NCBI GenBank assembly: GCA_964576435.1
Contig: CAZNUP010000001.1
Location: 378,259-442,258, forward strand
Source of the DNA: an uncultured Gammaproteobacteria bacterium
GTDB lineage: Bacteria > Patescibacteriota > Microgenomatia > JAMCZE01
Reading direction: 5' to 3'
DNA length: 64,000 bases
A program made the position numbers and the translations under genes. The notes beneath the pieces were generated by a model that was not told the DNA's origin, did no database searches, and saw only the letters and a list, made by a program, of their open reading frames with translations. This document shows positions 9,806-19,729 of this stretch, piece after piece (positions within the stretch are counted from its first letter, which is position 1; each line of letters begins with the position of its first letter).

Positions 9806-9991
9806 ATGTCCAAAATTATCCAATCAGGAAATAGTCTTGCAGTAACGATCCCAAAAAAATTTGCCAAACAGTTGGGAGTTAAAAAAGGTGACAACATTAG
9901 ATTAAAAAAGTTACCTCACAAAGGTGAGCTAATAATTAGTTTTGATGGTCCAAAACAATTAATTTTGTCAGAAAACAAAGATGAAAAGTAG
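9806..9991 (+). CDS. AbrB/MazE/SpoVT family DNA-binding protein
   Basis: KIIQSGNSLAVTIPKKFAKQLGVKKGD. Confidence 0.88.
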   Translation: MSKIIQSGNSLAVTIPKKFAKQLGVKKGDNIRLKKLPHKGELIISFDGPKQLILSENKDEK

Positions 9992-11249
9992 ATTTTTACT
10001 TTGGTTTATTATTTTAATAACAGCGCTAGCTGTGTTTATTGATTTACCAAAGCCAATTCCTCAAATTAATTTTCATAAAAATCTCAAAGAAGGCTTAGAT
10101 TTGGCAGGTGGTACAAGACTCGTCCTAAATGCCGACATGTCAAAAGTAAATTCTGCAGATAGAGATCAGGCTCTCGAGTCGCTTAAAGGGATTATTGAAA
10201 GAAGAGTTAATCTTTACGGAGTTTCTGAACCAGTTGTCCAAACTTCAAAATCTGGTGGTGATTACCGAGTAATAGTTGAACTTGCTGGTGTAACAGACAC
10301 TAATGAGGCATTAAAGCTTGTTGGGAAAACAGCCGATCTAACTTTTCGTGAGGAAGTAGATGCTTCCGAATCAGCCAAGGTTTCAACAGAGTCGGCAATA
10401 ATGTTCGGTCCGTTTCAAAGACTAACAAATTTAACTGGTCGAGATGTCAAAATTGCAAAACCAGCTTTTGATTCCAAATCTGGACAGGCGATTATTGATT
10501 TAACTTTCACCGATGAAGGTGCAGAAAAGTGGGCAGACATAACTACAAGAAATGTAGGAAGACGTATCGCAATCATGCTTGACGGCCAACCAATCATGGA
10601 TCCACCAACCGTCATGGGCCCAATTCCAAACGGTCAGACACAAATCAGTGGCAGATTTACAGCCGCCGAAACTAAGCAAATTTCAACTCTTTTAAATTCC
10701 GGAGCTCTTCCAGCCCCAGTTAAAGTCGTCGAGCAAAGAACAATTGGTGCAACACTTGGTAAAGAATCAATCGATCAAAGTATATTAGCTGGCATAATCG
10801 GTCTTTCAATCGTTGCAATCTTTATGATTGCTAATTATGGCCGTCTTGGTGTGTATGCCGATATGGCATTAGTAATCTATTCTCTTATCGTTCTTGCACT
10901 ATTCAAGTTAATTCCTGTAACTCTAACGTTAGCTGGGATTGCGGGTTTTATACTTTCTATTGGTATGGCAGTAGATGCAAACATATTGATTTTTGAGCGC
11001 ATGAAAGAAGAAATACGTTGGGGAAGAACGAGGAAAGCTGCTATTGAGGCTGGATTCTCACGGGCATTTCCCTCAATTAGAGATTCAAATATTAGTTCTT
11101 TAATAACCTGTGCAATTCTTTACTGGTTTGGCACAGGTGTAGTTCGTGGTTTTGCTCTAACCCTTGGAATTGGAATCATAGTCTCACTCTTTACAGCTGT
11201 AACAGTAACCAGGACTTTTCTAAGAGTTTTTGAAAGGAGCGACAAATGA
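9981..11249 (+). CDS. secD: Protein translocase subunit SecD
   Basis: GLDLAGG, RRVNLYGVSEP, GALP and GMAVDANILIFER motifs. Confidence 0.96.
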   Translation: MKSRFLLWFIILITALAVFIDLPKPIPQINFHKNLKEGLDLAGGTRLVLNADMSKVNSADRDQALESLKGIIERRVNLYGVSEPVVQTSKSGGDYRVIVELAGVTDTNEALKLVGKTADLTFREEVDASESAKVSTESAIMFGPFQRLTNLTGRDVKIAKPAFDSKSGQAIIDLTFTDEGAEKWADITTRNVGRRIAIMLDGQPIMDPPTVMGPIPNGQTQISGRFTAAETKQISTLLNSGALPAPVKVVEQRTIGATLGKESIDQSILAGIIGLSIVAIFMIANYGRLGVYADMALVIYSLIVLALFKLIPVTLTLAGIAGFILSIGMAVDANILIFERMKEEIRWGRTRKAAIEAGFSRAFPSIRDSNISSLITCAILYWFGTGVVRGFALTLGIGIIVSLFTAVTVTRTFLRVFERSDK

Positions 11250-12082
11250 TGAATTTAATGAAATATAAAAATGTTTATTTCTTAATTTCACTAATTCTAA
11301 TTTTGCCAGGTCTCTATTTCTTGGCCCGGTATGGATTAAAGCTTTCAATTGATTTTACAGGGGGAAGTGTCATTGAAGTTTCTGAAAAAATAAAAGATCC
11401 AAAAATTGAAATCGTTTCAATTCAAAAAACTAGCAACGGAACATATATTTATAGAACAAAACCAATCGATACAAAAACTAAAGACGCAGTTTTTGGTAAA
11501 AAAGTAGAACGCTTTGAAACAGTAGGTCCTGTTATTGGTAAAGAGCTAACGATAAAAGCTCTTCAAGGAATTGCTTTAGCAAGTTTGGCAATAGTCCTTT
11601 ATATTGCCTACGCCTTTAGACAAATCCCAGCTCCCTATAAATCTTGGAAGTTTGGTGTAAGTGCGGTTGTTGCTCTTCTCCATGACGTCTTACTTGTTGT
11701 TGGAGTCTTTGCCATCTTGGGTCATTTCTGGGGAGTAGAAGTAGATGCACTTTTTGTAACAGCTCTTTTAACTATTATTGGCTTTAGTGTCCACGACACA
11801 ATCGTAGTTTTTGATAGGCTTCGAGAGAATCTAAGGAAAGATGGAAATAAAATGTCTTTTGAAGATGTTGCCAATGAGTCGTTACTTCAAACATTGGGTA
11901 GATCATTAACAACATCGTTAACTGTTCTGTTTACACTTTTGGCCTTAATCTTGTTTGGTGGTGAATCTATTAAGTGGTTCTGCGTAGCACTCTTTATTGG
12001 TGTCGCTAGTGGAACATATTCTTCTATATTCAATGCCACTCCACTTCTGGTAATTTGGGAAGAGAAGGAAAAGAAGAAATAA
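11246..12082 (+). CDS. secF: Protein translocase subunit SecF
   Basis: IDFTGG, GFSVHDTIVVFDRLRE and GTYSSIF motifs. Confidence 0.96.
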   Translation: MMNLMKYKNVYFLISLILILPGLYFLARYGLKLSIDFTGGSVIEVSEKIKDPKIEIVSIQKTSNGTYIYRTKPIDTKTKDAVFGKKVERFETVGPVIGKELTIKALQGIALASLAIVLYIAYAFRQIPAPYKSWKFGVSAVVALLHDVLLVVGVFAILGHFWGVEVDALFVTALLTIIGFSVHDTIVVFDRLRENLRKDGNKMSFEDVANESLLQTLGRSLTTSLTVLFTLLALILFGGESIKWFCVALFIGVASGTYSSIFNATPLLVIWEEKEKKK

Positions 12083-12106
12083 ATTGTGCGAGTTGTAAAG
12101 ATATTT

Positions 12107-13420
12107 CTATTTGAATTTTTCAATCTGTCCCAATAAGTATTCTCGGTTATTTTTGGTTGGATCCTCAGATATATCAGTAAAAAGTTTATTCAAAACTTCT
12201 CCTACTTTTGGACCACCAGGGATATTTAAGACTTCCATTACATCTTTACCGTTTATTTTTAGATCTGTGACTGACGGGATATGTTTTTGAACTTCTATAA
12301 TTCTAGTCTTAAAATCTTCATGTCTCCAACTAGTTTTTTTTGATCCTGACCCGAGCCTATCAGCTGTTCTAAGATCTAAGATATCTGTTGTATTTTCTGC
12401 GCCAACTCGTCTAATAAATCTCCTTATAGCTGAATCAGATAAAAATTCTGATACGGAGAACATATGCCAGCGAACAAGCATCCAAATCTTCTCTCTTTGC
12501 TCCTTTGAAAAGTGTAGTCGTTCGGCAATGTCTCGGGCAATATTTGCTCCAACTAATTCGTGGTTATAAAAAGTAGCTTTTCCATTTCTTTCCCTGTAAG
12601 TTACAGGCTTTCCAATATCATGAACAAGTGTGGCAAACCTGACCACCCAATCTTTATTCTCACAAAACTGTAATGCTTTAACACTGTGAGTAAATACATC
12701 GTCAACATGGTGTGTTCCTTTTTGGTCAACTCCTTTCCCGGCAGTCAACTCAGGAAGAATATATTCCAAAATCCCAGCATTATCTAAAAGTCTTATTCCA
12801 TCCGCAGGATAGTCAGATGTTAAGATCTTAACAAGTTCATCTCTAATTCTTTCAGAGGAAATATTCTTTATAAGTGAGGCATTGTTCCAAATAGCTGCCC
12901 AGGTCTTTTCTTCGATCGTAAATCCAAGTTGTGTAGCAATTCTAATAGCCCTCATAAGTCTTAAAGCATCTTCCTGAAATCTCTTATCGGGATCACCAAC
13001 TGCTCTAATTAATTTATTTTTTAAATCCTCCTGGCCATTAAATGGGTCAATAATTTTTTGCCCATCTGTTGCCATTGCATTAATTGTGAAGTCTCGTCTT
13101 CCAAGATCTTCATCTAAAGTCTCTGCCCATTCGATTTTGTCTGGGTGTCTAAGGTCCGAATATTTACCCTCTTTTCTAAATGGAGTTATTTCAAAAATTT
13201 CAGGATCCATCTTCACTCCGACCGTGCCGTAGCTATTGTCATAAAAACTTTCGGGAAAGATTTCTTGAATTTTTTCTGGTGTTGCATTCGTTGTAAAATC
13301 CCAATCTTTAACAATCCGGTTCAAAAGAAGGTCACGAACTCCGCCTCCCACTGCAAAACATTGAAACCCTGCTTCTTGCACAGACTTCATAAAACTGGTA
13401 ACTTTGTCCGGTATCTCCAT
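12107..13420 (-). CDS. cca: CCA tRNA nucleotidyltransferase / poly(A) polymerase family with HD domain
   Basis: VGGGVRD, DWDF, RRDFTINAM, EDALRLMR and HDIGK motifs. Confidence 0.9.
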   Translation of the reverse strand: MEIPDKVTSFMKSVQEAGFQCFAVGGGVRDLLLNRIVKDWDFTTNATPEKIQEIFPESFYDNSYGTVGVKMDPEIFEITPFRKEGKYSDLRHPDKIEWAETLDEDLGRRDFTINAMATDGQKIIDPFNGQEDLKNKLIRAVGDPDKRFQEDALRLMRAIRIATQLGFTIEEKTWAAIWNNASLIKNISSERIRDELVKILTSDYPADGIRLLDNAGILEYILPELTAGKGVDQKGTHHVDDVFTHSVKALQFCENKDWVVRFATLVHDIGKPVTYRERNGKATFYNHELVGANIARDIAERLHFSKEQREKIWMLVRWHMFSVSEFLSDSAIRRFIRRVGAENTTDILDLRTADRLGSGSKKTSWRHEDFKTRIIEVQKHIPSVTDLKINGKDVMEVLNIPGGPKVGEVLNKLFTDISEDPTKNNREYLLGQIEKFK

Positions 13421-13434
13421 AGGAGAATTTTAGC

Positions 13435-14997
13435 ATGAAATGGAACATCCTATCAGAAAAATCAGATAACATTCTTGCTGTCTTATTAAAAAACCGAGGC
13501 ATTAAAGACAAGGAAGAATTTTTAAATCCAATTAATCCTTCGAACCTAACTCCAAAAGATGTAGGAATAGATTCAAAACAAGTAAAAAAAACTATAGACC
13601 GAATTAAAGAAGCTATTAAAAATCAGGAGTCAATTATTGTCTACGGAGACTATGATGCCGACGGGATGTGCTCAGCGGCAATTGTTTGGGAAACATTGGA
13701 AAAACTAGGAGCCAAGGCATTGCCATTTATTCCTCATAGAGAAAAAGACGGCTACGGTTTGTCTATTGAAGGTATAGATCAAGTTTCTGCAAGCTTAATA
13801 ATTTCAGTTGATTCAGGAATTGTTGCCCACGAAGCGGTTGATTATGCAAAATCCAAAAATATTGATGTCATAATATTGGACCATCACGAAAAACCAAAAG
13901 ATCTTCCAAAAGCTTTCGCCATAGTTCACACAACACAGCTCTGTGCAGCAGGAATTTCCTATATCTTTTGCAAAGAACTAGGTAATGAAGTTTTGGAACT
14001 TGCCGCTATAGCAACAGTTACAGATTTGATGCCATTAACAGGTGCAAATAGATCAATTGTTAAGTTTGGTCTCAAAGAGTTAAGTGCCACGGCGCGTCCT
14101 GGATTAAAAGCTTTATTTAGTGTTGCTGGAATTGACAAAGTTGGTACCTATGAAATTGGTTATATGATTGGTCCAAGGTTAAATGCCTCAGGAAGGATTG
14201 ACAGTGCTCTTCTAGGACTAAGGCTTTTATGTACAAGAGACGAGGAGAAAGCCCTTGGTTACGCAAAAGAGTTAGATCAAATCAATAAAAATCGGCAGCG
14301 CATGCTTGAAGAGCAAGTAAACCATGCATTGCTCCTAACTTTAACTAATACAGAAAAGATTATTGTGGTTGAAGACGAATCCTATCATCAAGGAGTAATT
14401 GGGCTGATAGCCGGAAAGCTAACTGAAAAGTACCATTTACCATCAATTGTTATAGCTAAAAACTCTGAGATCAGTAAAGCTTCTGCAAGATCTATTTCGA
14501 GTTTCAACATAATTGAAGCCATAAGAGAGACTGAAGATATATTAATTAATGCAGGTGGTCATCCAATGGCCGCTGGTTTCACTATTGAAACAACTCAGAT
14601 TGATAACTTTAGAAGAAGAATTATAAAAATTGCTTCTGAAAAAATCGACTCTGAAATGCTGGAAAAAGTTCTGCGTATTGATTGTGAGCTAAATTTGTCG
14701 GATTTAACCATGGACCTCTACACGGAGATTTCTCAAATGCAACCATTTGGGATAGGGAATCCGGAACCAGTTTTCGCTTCGGGTGTAACCATTCAAGATT
14801 TGAGAACTGTCGGAACTGAGGGTAAACATCTCAAGTTAAAAGCCGGAGGATTTGATTGCATAGCCTTTAATCAAGGAAAAAAAGCACAAGAATTGAAAAT
14901 AGGTAATAAAATAAACGTTGCCTATAATTTAGATTTAAATGTTTATAATGGCCGCTCAAACCTCCAGTTGAAAATTAAAGATATCGTGCTAGAATAA
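13435..14997 (+). CDS. recJ: Single-stranded DNA exonuclease RecJ
   Basis: GDYDADG, DHH, PRLNASGR and GGHPMAAG motifs. Confidence 0.95.
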   Translation: MKWNILSEKSDNILAVLLKNRGIKDKEEFLNPINPSNLTPKDVGIDSKQVKKTIDRIKEAIKNQESIIVYGDYDADGMCSAAIVWETLEKLGAKALPFIPHREKDGYGLSIEGIDQVSASLIISVDSGIVAHEAVDYAKSKNIDVIILDHHEKPKDLPKAFAIVHTTQLCAAGISYIFCKELGNEVLELAAIATVTDLMPLTGANRSIVKFGLKELSATARPGLKALFSVAGIDKVGTYEIGYMIGPRLNASGRIDSALLGLRLLCTRDEEKALGYAKELDQINKNRQRMLEEQVNHALLLTLTNTEKIIVVEDESYHQGVIGLIAGKLTEKYHLPSIVIAKNSEISKASARSISSFNIIEAIRETEDILINAGGHPMAAGFTIETTQIDNFRRRIIKIASEKIDSEMLEKVLRIDCELNLSDLTMDLYTEISQMQPFGIGNPEPVFASGVTIQDLRTVGTEGKHLKLKAGGFDCIAFNQGKKAQELKIGNKINVAYNLDLNVYNGRSNLQLKIKDIVLE

Positions 14998-15004
14998 TTA
15001 AAGT

Positions 15005-15118
15005 AAAGCGTTGATGGCATAACAAAGCCGGAGCTTAAGTGAATATTTGAGAAGCAATCAAGGTGGTACCACGGAACTCTCCGTCCTTGTATACTAAATA
15101 AGTAAGGGCGGTTTTTTT
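15005..15118 (+). promoter_or_regulatory. T-box leader (transcriptional) with an ultrashort Stem I
   Basis: AAUCAAGGUGGUACCACGG-AACUCU-CCGUCCUUG antiterminator; GA/K-turn-like flanks GCGUUGAU...GGAGC; terminator CCGUCCUU...AAGGGCGG plus U7. Directly upstream of aspS. Confidence 0.88.
15081..15118 (+). terminator. Intrinsic terminator of the aspS T-box
   Basis: CCGTCCTT...AAGGGCGG stem followed by TTTTTTT. Confidence 0.85.
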
Positions 15119-15124
15119 ATGCAT

Positions 15125-16540
15125 ATGGAAAGAACTCTAACCAAAGATACAATTAACAAAATAGGAGAAACAGTTATTCTAAAAGGCTGGGTGCAAACAC
15201 GCCGTGACCACGGAAAAATAGTCTTCATCGACTTAAGAGACAGATGGGGAGTCGTCCAGGTAGTGGCGACAGCGGATATTGCGGGGGCTGCAAACACAGA
15301 ATATGTTGTTGAAATAACAGGAAGAGTGAAAGAAAGACCAGAAAAACTTATCAACGCAAAGATAGAAACTGGAAAAATTGAACTCGAAGCAGAAAAGATA
15401 GAAGTACTCAGTAAAGCCGACACTATGCCATTTCCTATTGATACTGATGGTCTAGATATTGACGAAGAAGTTCGAATGAAGTATCGCTATCTAGATTTAA
15501 GACGCCCAAGAATGCGCAGAAATCTTGATTTGCGAAACAAAACAATTCGTAAGATGCGTCAATATTTGCTGGGTAAAGATTTCTGGGAAATTGAAACACC
15601 AATCATAACTAAAGCCACTCCAGAAGGAGCGAGAGATTTCCTTGTGCCCTCAAGAATGCACCCAGGTGAATTTTATGCGCTCCCCCAGTCGCCTCAGCAA
15701 TATAAACAACTTCTAATGGTTGCTGGAATTGAGCGGTATTTCCAAATTGCTAGGTGTTTCCGCGATGAAGATCCAAGAGCAGATAGAGCCTATGGTGAAT
15801 TCACTCAGCTTGACGTCGAAATGTCTTTCATCACCCAAGAGGAAATAAGGCGTCTTATAGAGGAGATGTATATAGAAATAGTTAAAGAAATATTTCCAGA
15901 CAAGTATATCAGCCAAGTTCCATTTCCGGTTCTAACTTATGAAGAAGCCATGAGTAAATATGGCAACGATAAGCCTGATCTACGCAAAGATAAAAATGAC
16001 CCAAATGAATTAGCATTTGGTTGGGTTGTTGATTTCCCACTATTTGAGTGGAAAGAAAAAGAAAATAGATGGGATGCAACTCATCATCCCTTTACAGCCC
16101 CCAAAAAGGAATTCATTGAAGGAATAATTAAAGCTAATCCAAAAGATAAAGACGAAAAGGTATTCCAGGAAGCTACAGCTGATCAATATGACTTTGTTTT
16201 AAATGGTTTTGAAATTGGTGGCGGAAGTATTCGAATAACAGATCCAGAACTTCAAACAAAGATATTTGAAATTTTAGGGCACACTAGAAAGCAAATTGAG
16301 GAAAAGTTTGGACACTTGATTAAAGCATTTACTTATGGCGTTCCTCCTCATGGTGGAATTGCTCCCGGTATTGATAGGTTTATCATGGCTGCACTTGGTG
16401 AGCCAAGTGTCAGAGAAGCAATGGCGTTTCCAGCTGGAGCGTCCGGTCATATTTCAGTGATGGAAGCCCCTTCTCCAGTTGAAGAAGAGCAGCTTTCTGA
16501 ACTAGGATTGAAAATCGCCCCAAAAAAGAAAAGTGAATGA
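15125..16540 (+). CDS. aspS: Aspartate--tRNA ligase, short form lacking most of the GAD insertion, possibly non-discriminating
   Basis: GWVQTRRDHG, YRYLDLR, PEGARDF, LPQSPQ, FRDED and PPHGGIAPGIDR motifs. Confidence 0.95.
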   Translation: MERTLTKDTINKIGETVILKGWVQTRRDHGKIVFIDLRDRWGVVQVVATADIAGAANTEYVVEITGRVKERPEKLINAKIETGKIELEAEKIEVLSKADTMPFPIDTDGLDIDEEVRMKYRYLDLRRPRMRRNLDLRNKTIRKMRQYLLGKDFWEIETPIITKATPEGARDFLVPSRMHPGEFYALPQSPQQYKQLLMVAGIERYFQIARCFRDEDPRADRAYGEFTQLDVEMSFITQEEIRRLIEEMYIEIVKEIFPDKYISQVPFPVLTYEEAMSKYGNDKPDLRKDKNDPNELAFGWVVDFPLFEWKEKENRWDATHHPFTAPKKEFIEGIIKANPKDKDEKVFQEATADQYDFVLNGFEIGGGSIRITDPELQTKIFEILGHTRKQIEEKFGHLIKAFTYGVPPHGGIAPGIDRFIMAALGEPSVREAMAFPAGASGHISVMEAPSPVEEEQLSELGLKIAPKKKSE

Positions 16541-17553
16541 AAAAGAAAAGTTCTGTCCACAAAAGAAAACGGCTTTATAAAAAAAGGCTAGCTTTGTTCT
16601 CTTCTTGGTCTAAAAAGAATTGGTATCGAATCATTACCGCGGTTGTCATCTCACTTTTTTTTCTACTCCTTCCTGGTGAAGGCTATTACGATAACCTAAG
16701 ATTAGAATATAAACCACCATTAGTAAGAGCAAGTGAATTCGACAATTTCACTCCTGCTCCTTATCCAGAAAGAGTTTATTTAGATTCCCTTCCCCAAACC
16801 ACAGCTGAAGCAATCATGATTAGAGATGTCGATTCCTTTGTCCCAATGTTTGAATTAAATCCAAACGCCAGATTAAAACCAGCTTCAATAACTAAGCTTA
16901 TGACAGCTCTTGTTGCTCTCGATTATTACGATCCAAACTCAACCATAACTGTAAAACGTCTTGCCCCGGTTGAGGCGGAAGCTGACATGGGACTAAAAGT
17001 AGGTGACACTATTTCCGTAAAGAATCTGATTTACGGACTTTTAATTCCATCCGGTGGTGATGCAGCCTATACGCTTGCAGACAATTATCCAGGTGGCATT
17101 GAAAATTTCGTAGAGGCCATGAATAAAAAAGCAGAAAGTCTCCATTTAACAAACACTCATTTCCAAAATCCTGCTGGTTTTGACCACCCAAACCAGTACA
17201 CAACAGCTAATGATTTATCTCTTCTGGCAGCAGAGGCTATTAAAAACGAAATGATTAGTAAAGCAGTATCAACAAGTGGTATAACCCTATTTGATGTAAC
17301 GGGTAAGAAAACTTATCCTCTTACTAACGTCAACCAACTACTGGGCAAAGTTGACGGTGTTGATGGTATAAAGACGGGTTTTACAGATGAGGCCGGCCAG
17401 TGTTTAATTACCTCAGTTTCCAGAGACGGTCACCGTGTAATTATTGTCCTTTTAAAATCTAATGATCGTTTTACAGAAAGTGCTCGACTTGCCGAATGGG
17501 TATTTAGAAACTTTAACTGGGTTAATTTAGGTCCTACTGGAAACGGAGTTTAG
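16537..17553 (+). CDS. D-alanyl-D-alanine carboxypeptidase (peptidase S11)
   Basis: PASITK (SxxK), SGGDAA (SxN variant) and GIKTG (KTG); N-terminal TM. Confidence 0.9.
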   Translation: MKKKSSVHKRKRLYKKRLALFSSWSKKNWYRIITAVVISLFFLLLPGEGYYDNLRLEYKPPLVRASEFDNFTPAPYPERVYLDSLPQTTAEAIMIRDVDSFVPMFELNPNARLKPASITKLMTALVALDYYDPNSTITVKRLAPVEAEADMGLKVGDTISVKNLIYGLLIPSGGDAAYTLADNYPGGIENFVEAMNKKAESLHLTNTHFQNPAGFDHPNQYTTANDLSLLAAEAIKNEMISKAVSTSGITLFDVTGKKTYPLTNVNQLLGKVDGVDGIKTGFTDEAGQCLITSVSRDGHRVIIVLLKSNDRFTESARLAEWVFRNFNWVNLGPTGNGV

Positions 17554-18727
17554 TTCTAATTCCTGCAACATTTCTCTCTCTTTCAAATGCTGGAAGGACT
17601 GCCGCTCTAAAAACAGAATTCTCTCCAAACTTGTCATTCACAATATCCATTGAGCTGGTGATTTTCCCCGCACGTTGATCTTCTGGTAAAAGAGACTCTG
17701 TTAATAGGTTATTCTTTTTCAAATATGAAATACCAACTGACAACATTCGTACCACCGGAAATTCCTTTGGGAACATTTCTCTAGCTATTTCAAATATTTG
17801 AGAACCGTCATTAATGTAATGGGGAAGCATTTTTTGTTCCGAAACCCCAGTCATGGTAGGGAATCTAATATATAAACTGACAACTTTTCCAGAAAAATTG
17901 TCCGCTCTCATCCTTCTTGCCACCTTTTCGGATAATCTAAGAAGTATTGCCTCAACATAATGTTTGTCGTCAGTAGCCTTTTTAAGAGTTAGTGCGTGAG
18001 AATAAGATTTTGCTTCCTCTGCTTCAAAATCTGGGACAACTTTTGAATAGTCGATCCCAAAAGCCATATTATGTAGATGATTTCCCGAGACGTTTCCAAA
18101 TGCCGCAACTAAAATAGGTAGCGGGATTTTTCTAAGCTGATCAACATTATAGACACCAAGTGCATTTAGTCTTTTTAAAATTCTTCTGCCAATTCCACAA
18201 AAGTCCTCAAGTTTTGAAGATAAAAGCATGTAGTCTAAATTATTTTCATCTATTACAACTAACCCATCGGGTTTCTTCTTTTCAGAAGCAAGCTTTGCTA
18301 AGAATTTATTCTTCGCAATGCCAATTGAGCAGGTCATGTGTGTTCCAATTTCTTTTTTAATTTGTTCTTTAATTTCTAATGCAATTTTAGTTGTGTCTCC
18401 TTGTGTCTCTAAAAAAACTTCATCAATAGAAAAAACCTCGATAAGTGGAGAGTAATTTTTGAAAATCCTAATCAACCTTCCAGTTATGTCAATGTATTTA
18501 TTGGGATCTCCCCGTATAAAAATTAAGTTTGGGCATAACCGTTTTGCTTCAAAAGTATTCATTCCCGCTCTAACACCCAATGTCTTTGCTTCATAAGAAG
18601 CTGTGGCAACAACAGAGTGGATGCTTGGTCTGCCAGACACTGCAATTGGTTTTCCAACAAGTAGGGGATTCGCTTGTTGCTCAACCGTAGCAAAATACGA
18701 ATTCATGTCTATGTGCATTATTGCCAT
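17534..18727 (-). CDS. dinB: Y-family DNA polymerase IV
   Basis: HIDMNSYFA, ASYEAK, SIDE and LAKLASEKKKPDG motifs; start reassigned to MAIMHID. Confidence 0.92.
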   Translation of the reverse strand: MAIMHIDMNSYFATVEQQANPLLVGKPIAVSGRPSIHSVVATASYEAKTLGVRAGMNTFEAKRLCPNLIFIRGDPNKYIDITGRLIRIFKNYSPLIEVFSIDEVFLETQGDTTKIALEIKEQIKKEIGTHMTCSIGIAKNKFLAKLASEKKKPDGLVVIDENNLDYMLLSSKLEDFCGIGRRILKRLNALGVYNVDQLRKIPLPILVAAFGNVSGNHLHNMAFGIDYSKVVPDFEAEEAKSYSHALTLKKATDDKHYVEAILLRLSEKVARRMRADNFSGKVVSLYIRFPTMTGVSEQKMLPHYINDGSQIFEIAREMFPKEFPVVRMLSVGISYLKKNNLLTESLLPEDQRAGKITSSMDIVNDKFGENSVFRAAVLPAFERERNVAGIRTKLRFQ

Positions 18728-18960
18728 ATCTTTTCGAGTTTCCAAATAAGGTTAATATTGTCAAAGGAGAGTTCGTAGAAATTTCCAGAAGCCATTATAG
18801 AAAAGCAGAATAAAATATTATCGCCTCTTTTTTCTGTGTGTTCGAGATTAATGCTGTCAACTGAGTATTTTCTGCCTTTCCAAAGAAAAGAGCGGGGGAG
18901 AGCATGGCCATTTCGAAAAACAGCTGCCACAACAATCTGTTCTTTTATATCCTCATACAT
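18718..18960 (-). CDS. Small DinB-associated protein (DUF6504/YqjX-like)
   Basis: PRSFLWKGRKY...FYELSFD...WKL; overlaps the dinB start. Confidence 0.65.
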   Translation of the reverse strand: MYEDIKEQIVVAAVFRNGHALPRSFLWKGRKYSVDSINLEHTEKRGDNILFCFSIMASGNFYELSFDNINLIWKLEKIWQ

Positions 18961-19014
18961 TAACCATAATATGACCGAATTTAAACCATAAGTCAATTGA
19001 TGTAAAATATATCA

Positions 19015-19437
19015 ATGAAAGTTAAAACAGCATCTTTCAAAGAAACCCAAAAAACAGGGGAGGGGATAGGGGAAAATTTAAAAAATGGCGGCATTGTTTG
19101 CTTGTATGGCGATATGGGAGCAGGGAAGACAACTTTAACTCAAGGGATTGCTAAAGGTTTAGGAGTTAAACAAAACATAATTAGCCCAACCTTTATATTA
19201 ATGCGTAGATATGAAGTAGGGGACAATTTTCTTTATCATATTGACCTATACAGATTAAATGATTTAGAAGAGGCGAGGGGACTAGGCATTGATGAAATTT
19301 TAGCTAATCCAAAAAACATAGTTATAATAGAGTGGCCCGAAAAAATTGAATCACGTCTCCCCCGCCAAAGGATTGAAGTTAAACTAACTGGTATTTCTGA
19401 AAACGAAAGGGAAATTGAATATGAAACTTTACATTAA
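19015..19437 (+). CDS. tsaE: tRNA t6A biosynthesis ATPase TsaE
   Basis: GDMGAGKTT, SPTF, HIDLYRL and IEW motifs. Confidence 0.95.
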   Translation: MKVKTASFKETQKTGEGIGENLKNGGIVCLYGDMGAGKTTLTQGIAKGLGVKQNIISPTFILMRRYEVGDNFLYHIDLYRLNDLEEARGLGIDEILANPKNIVIIEWPEKIESRLPRQRIEVKLTGISENEREIEYETLH

Positions 19438-19726
19438 TACCGGTTCCAATGAAAAAACTATCGTCCGTCTTGACGACCTAGAGTTAGGTGAAGATTCTAG
19501 AATTGAACATTCTCAAGTTGTTCTTCCAATGATTAAAGAGCTCTTGGCTAAAGAAAATAAAAAACTAGAAGACTTAACTGAAATCGAAGTTTTTGAGGGT
19601 CCGGGAAGTTTTACAGGACTACGAGTTGGCGCTGCAATTGCCAATGCTTTAGGTTATGCCTTAAAAATACCGGTAAATGGCAAAAAACCTTGGGAAATGG
19701 AAATTGTAGAGCCAGTTTATGAGTGA
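19421..19726 (+). CDS. tsaB: TsaB, N-terminal half only
   Basis: HSQVVLPMI and GPGSFTGLRVG motifs; only 101 aa. Confidence 0.88.
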   Translation: MKLYINTGSNEKTIVRLDDLELGEDSRIEHSQVVLPMIKELLAKENKKLEDLTEIEVFEGPGSFTGLRVGAAIANALGYALKIPVNGKKPWEMEIVEPVYE

Positions 19727-19729
19727 AAA

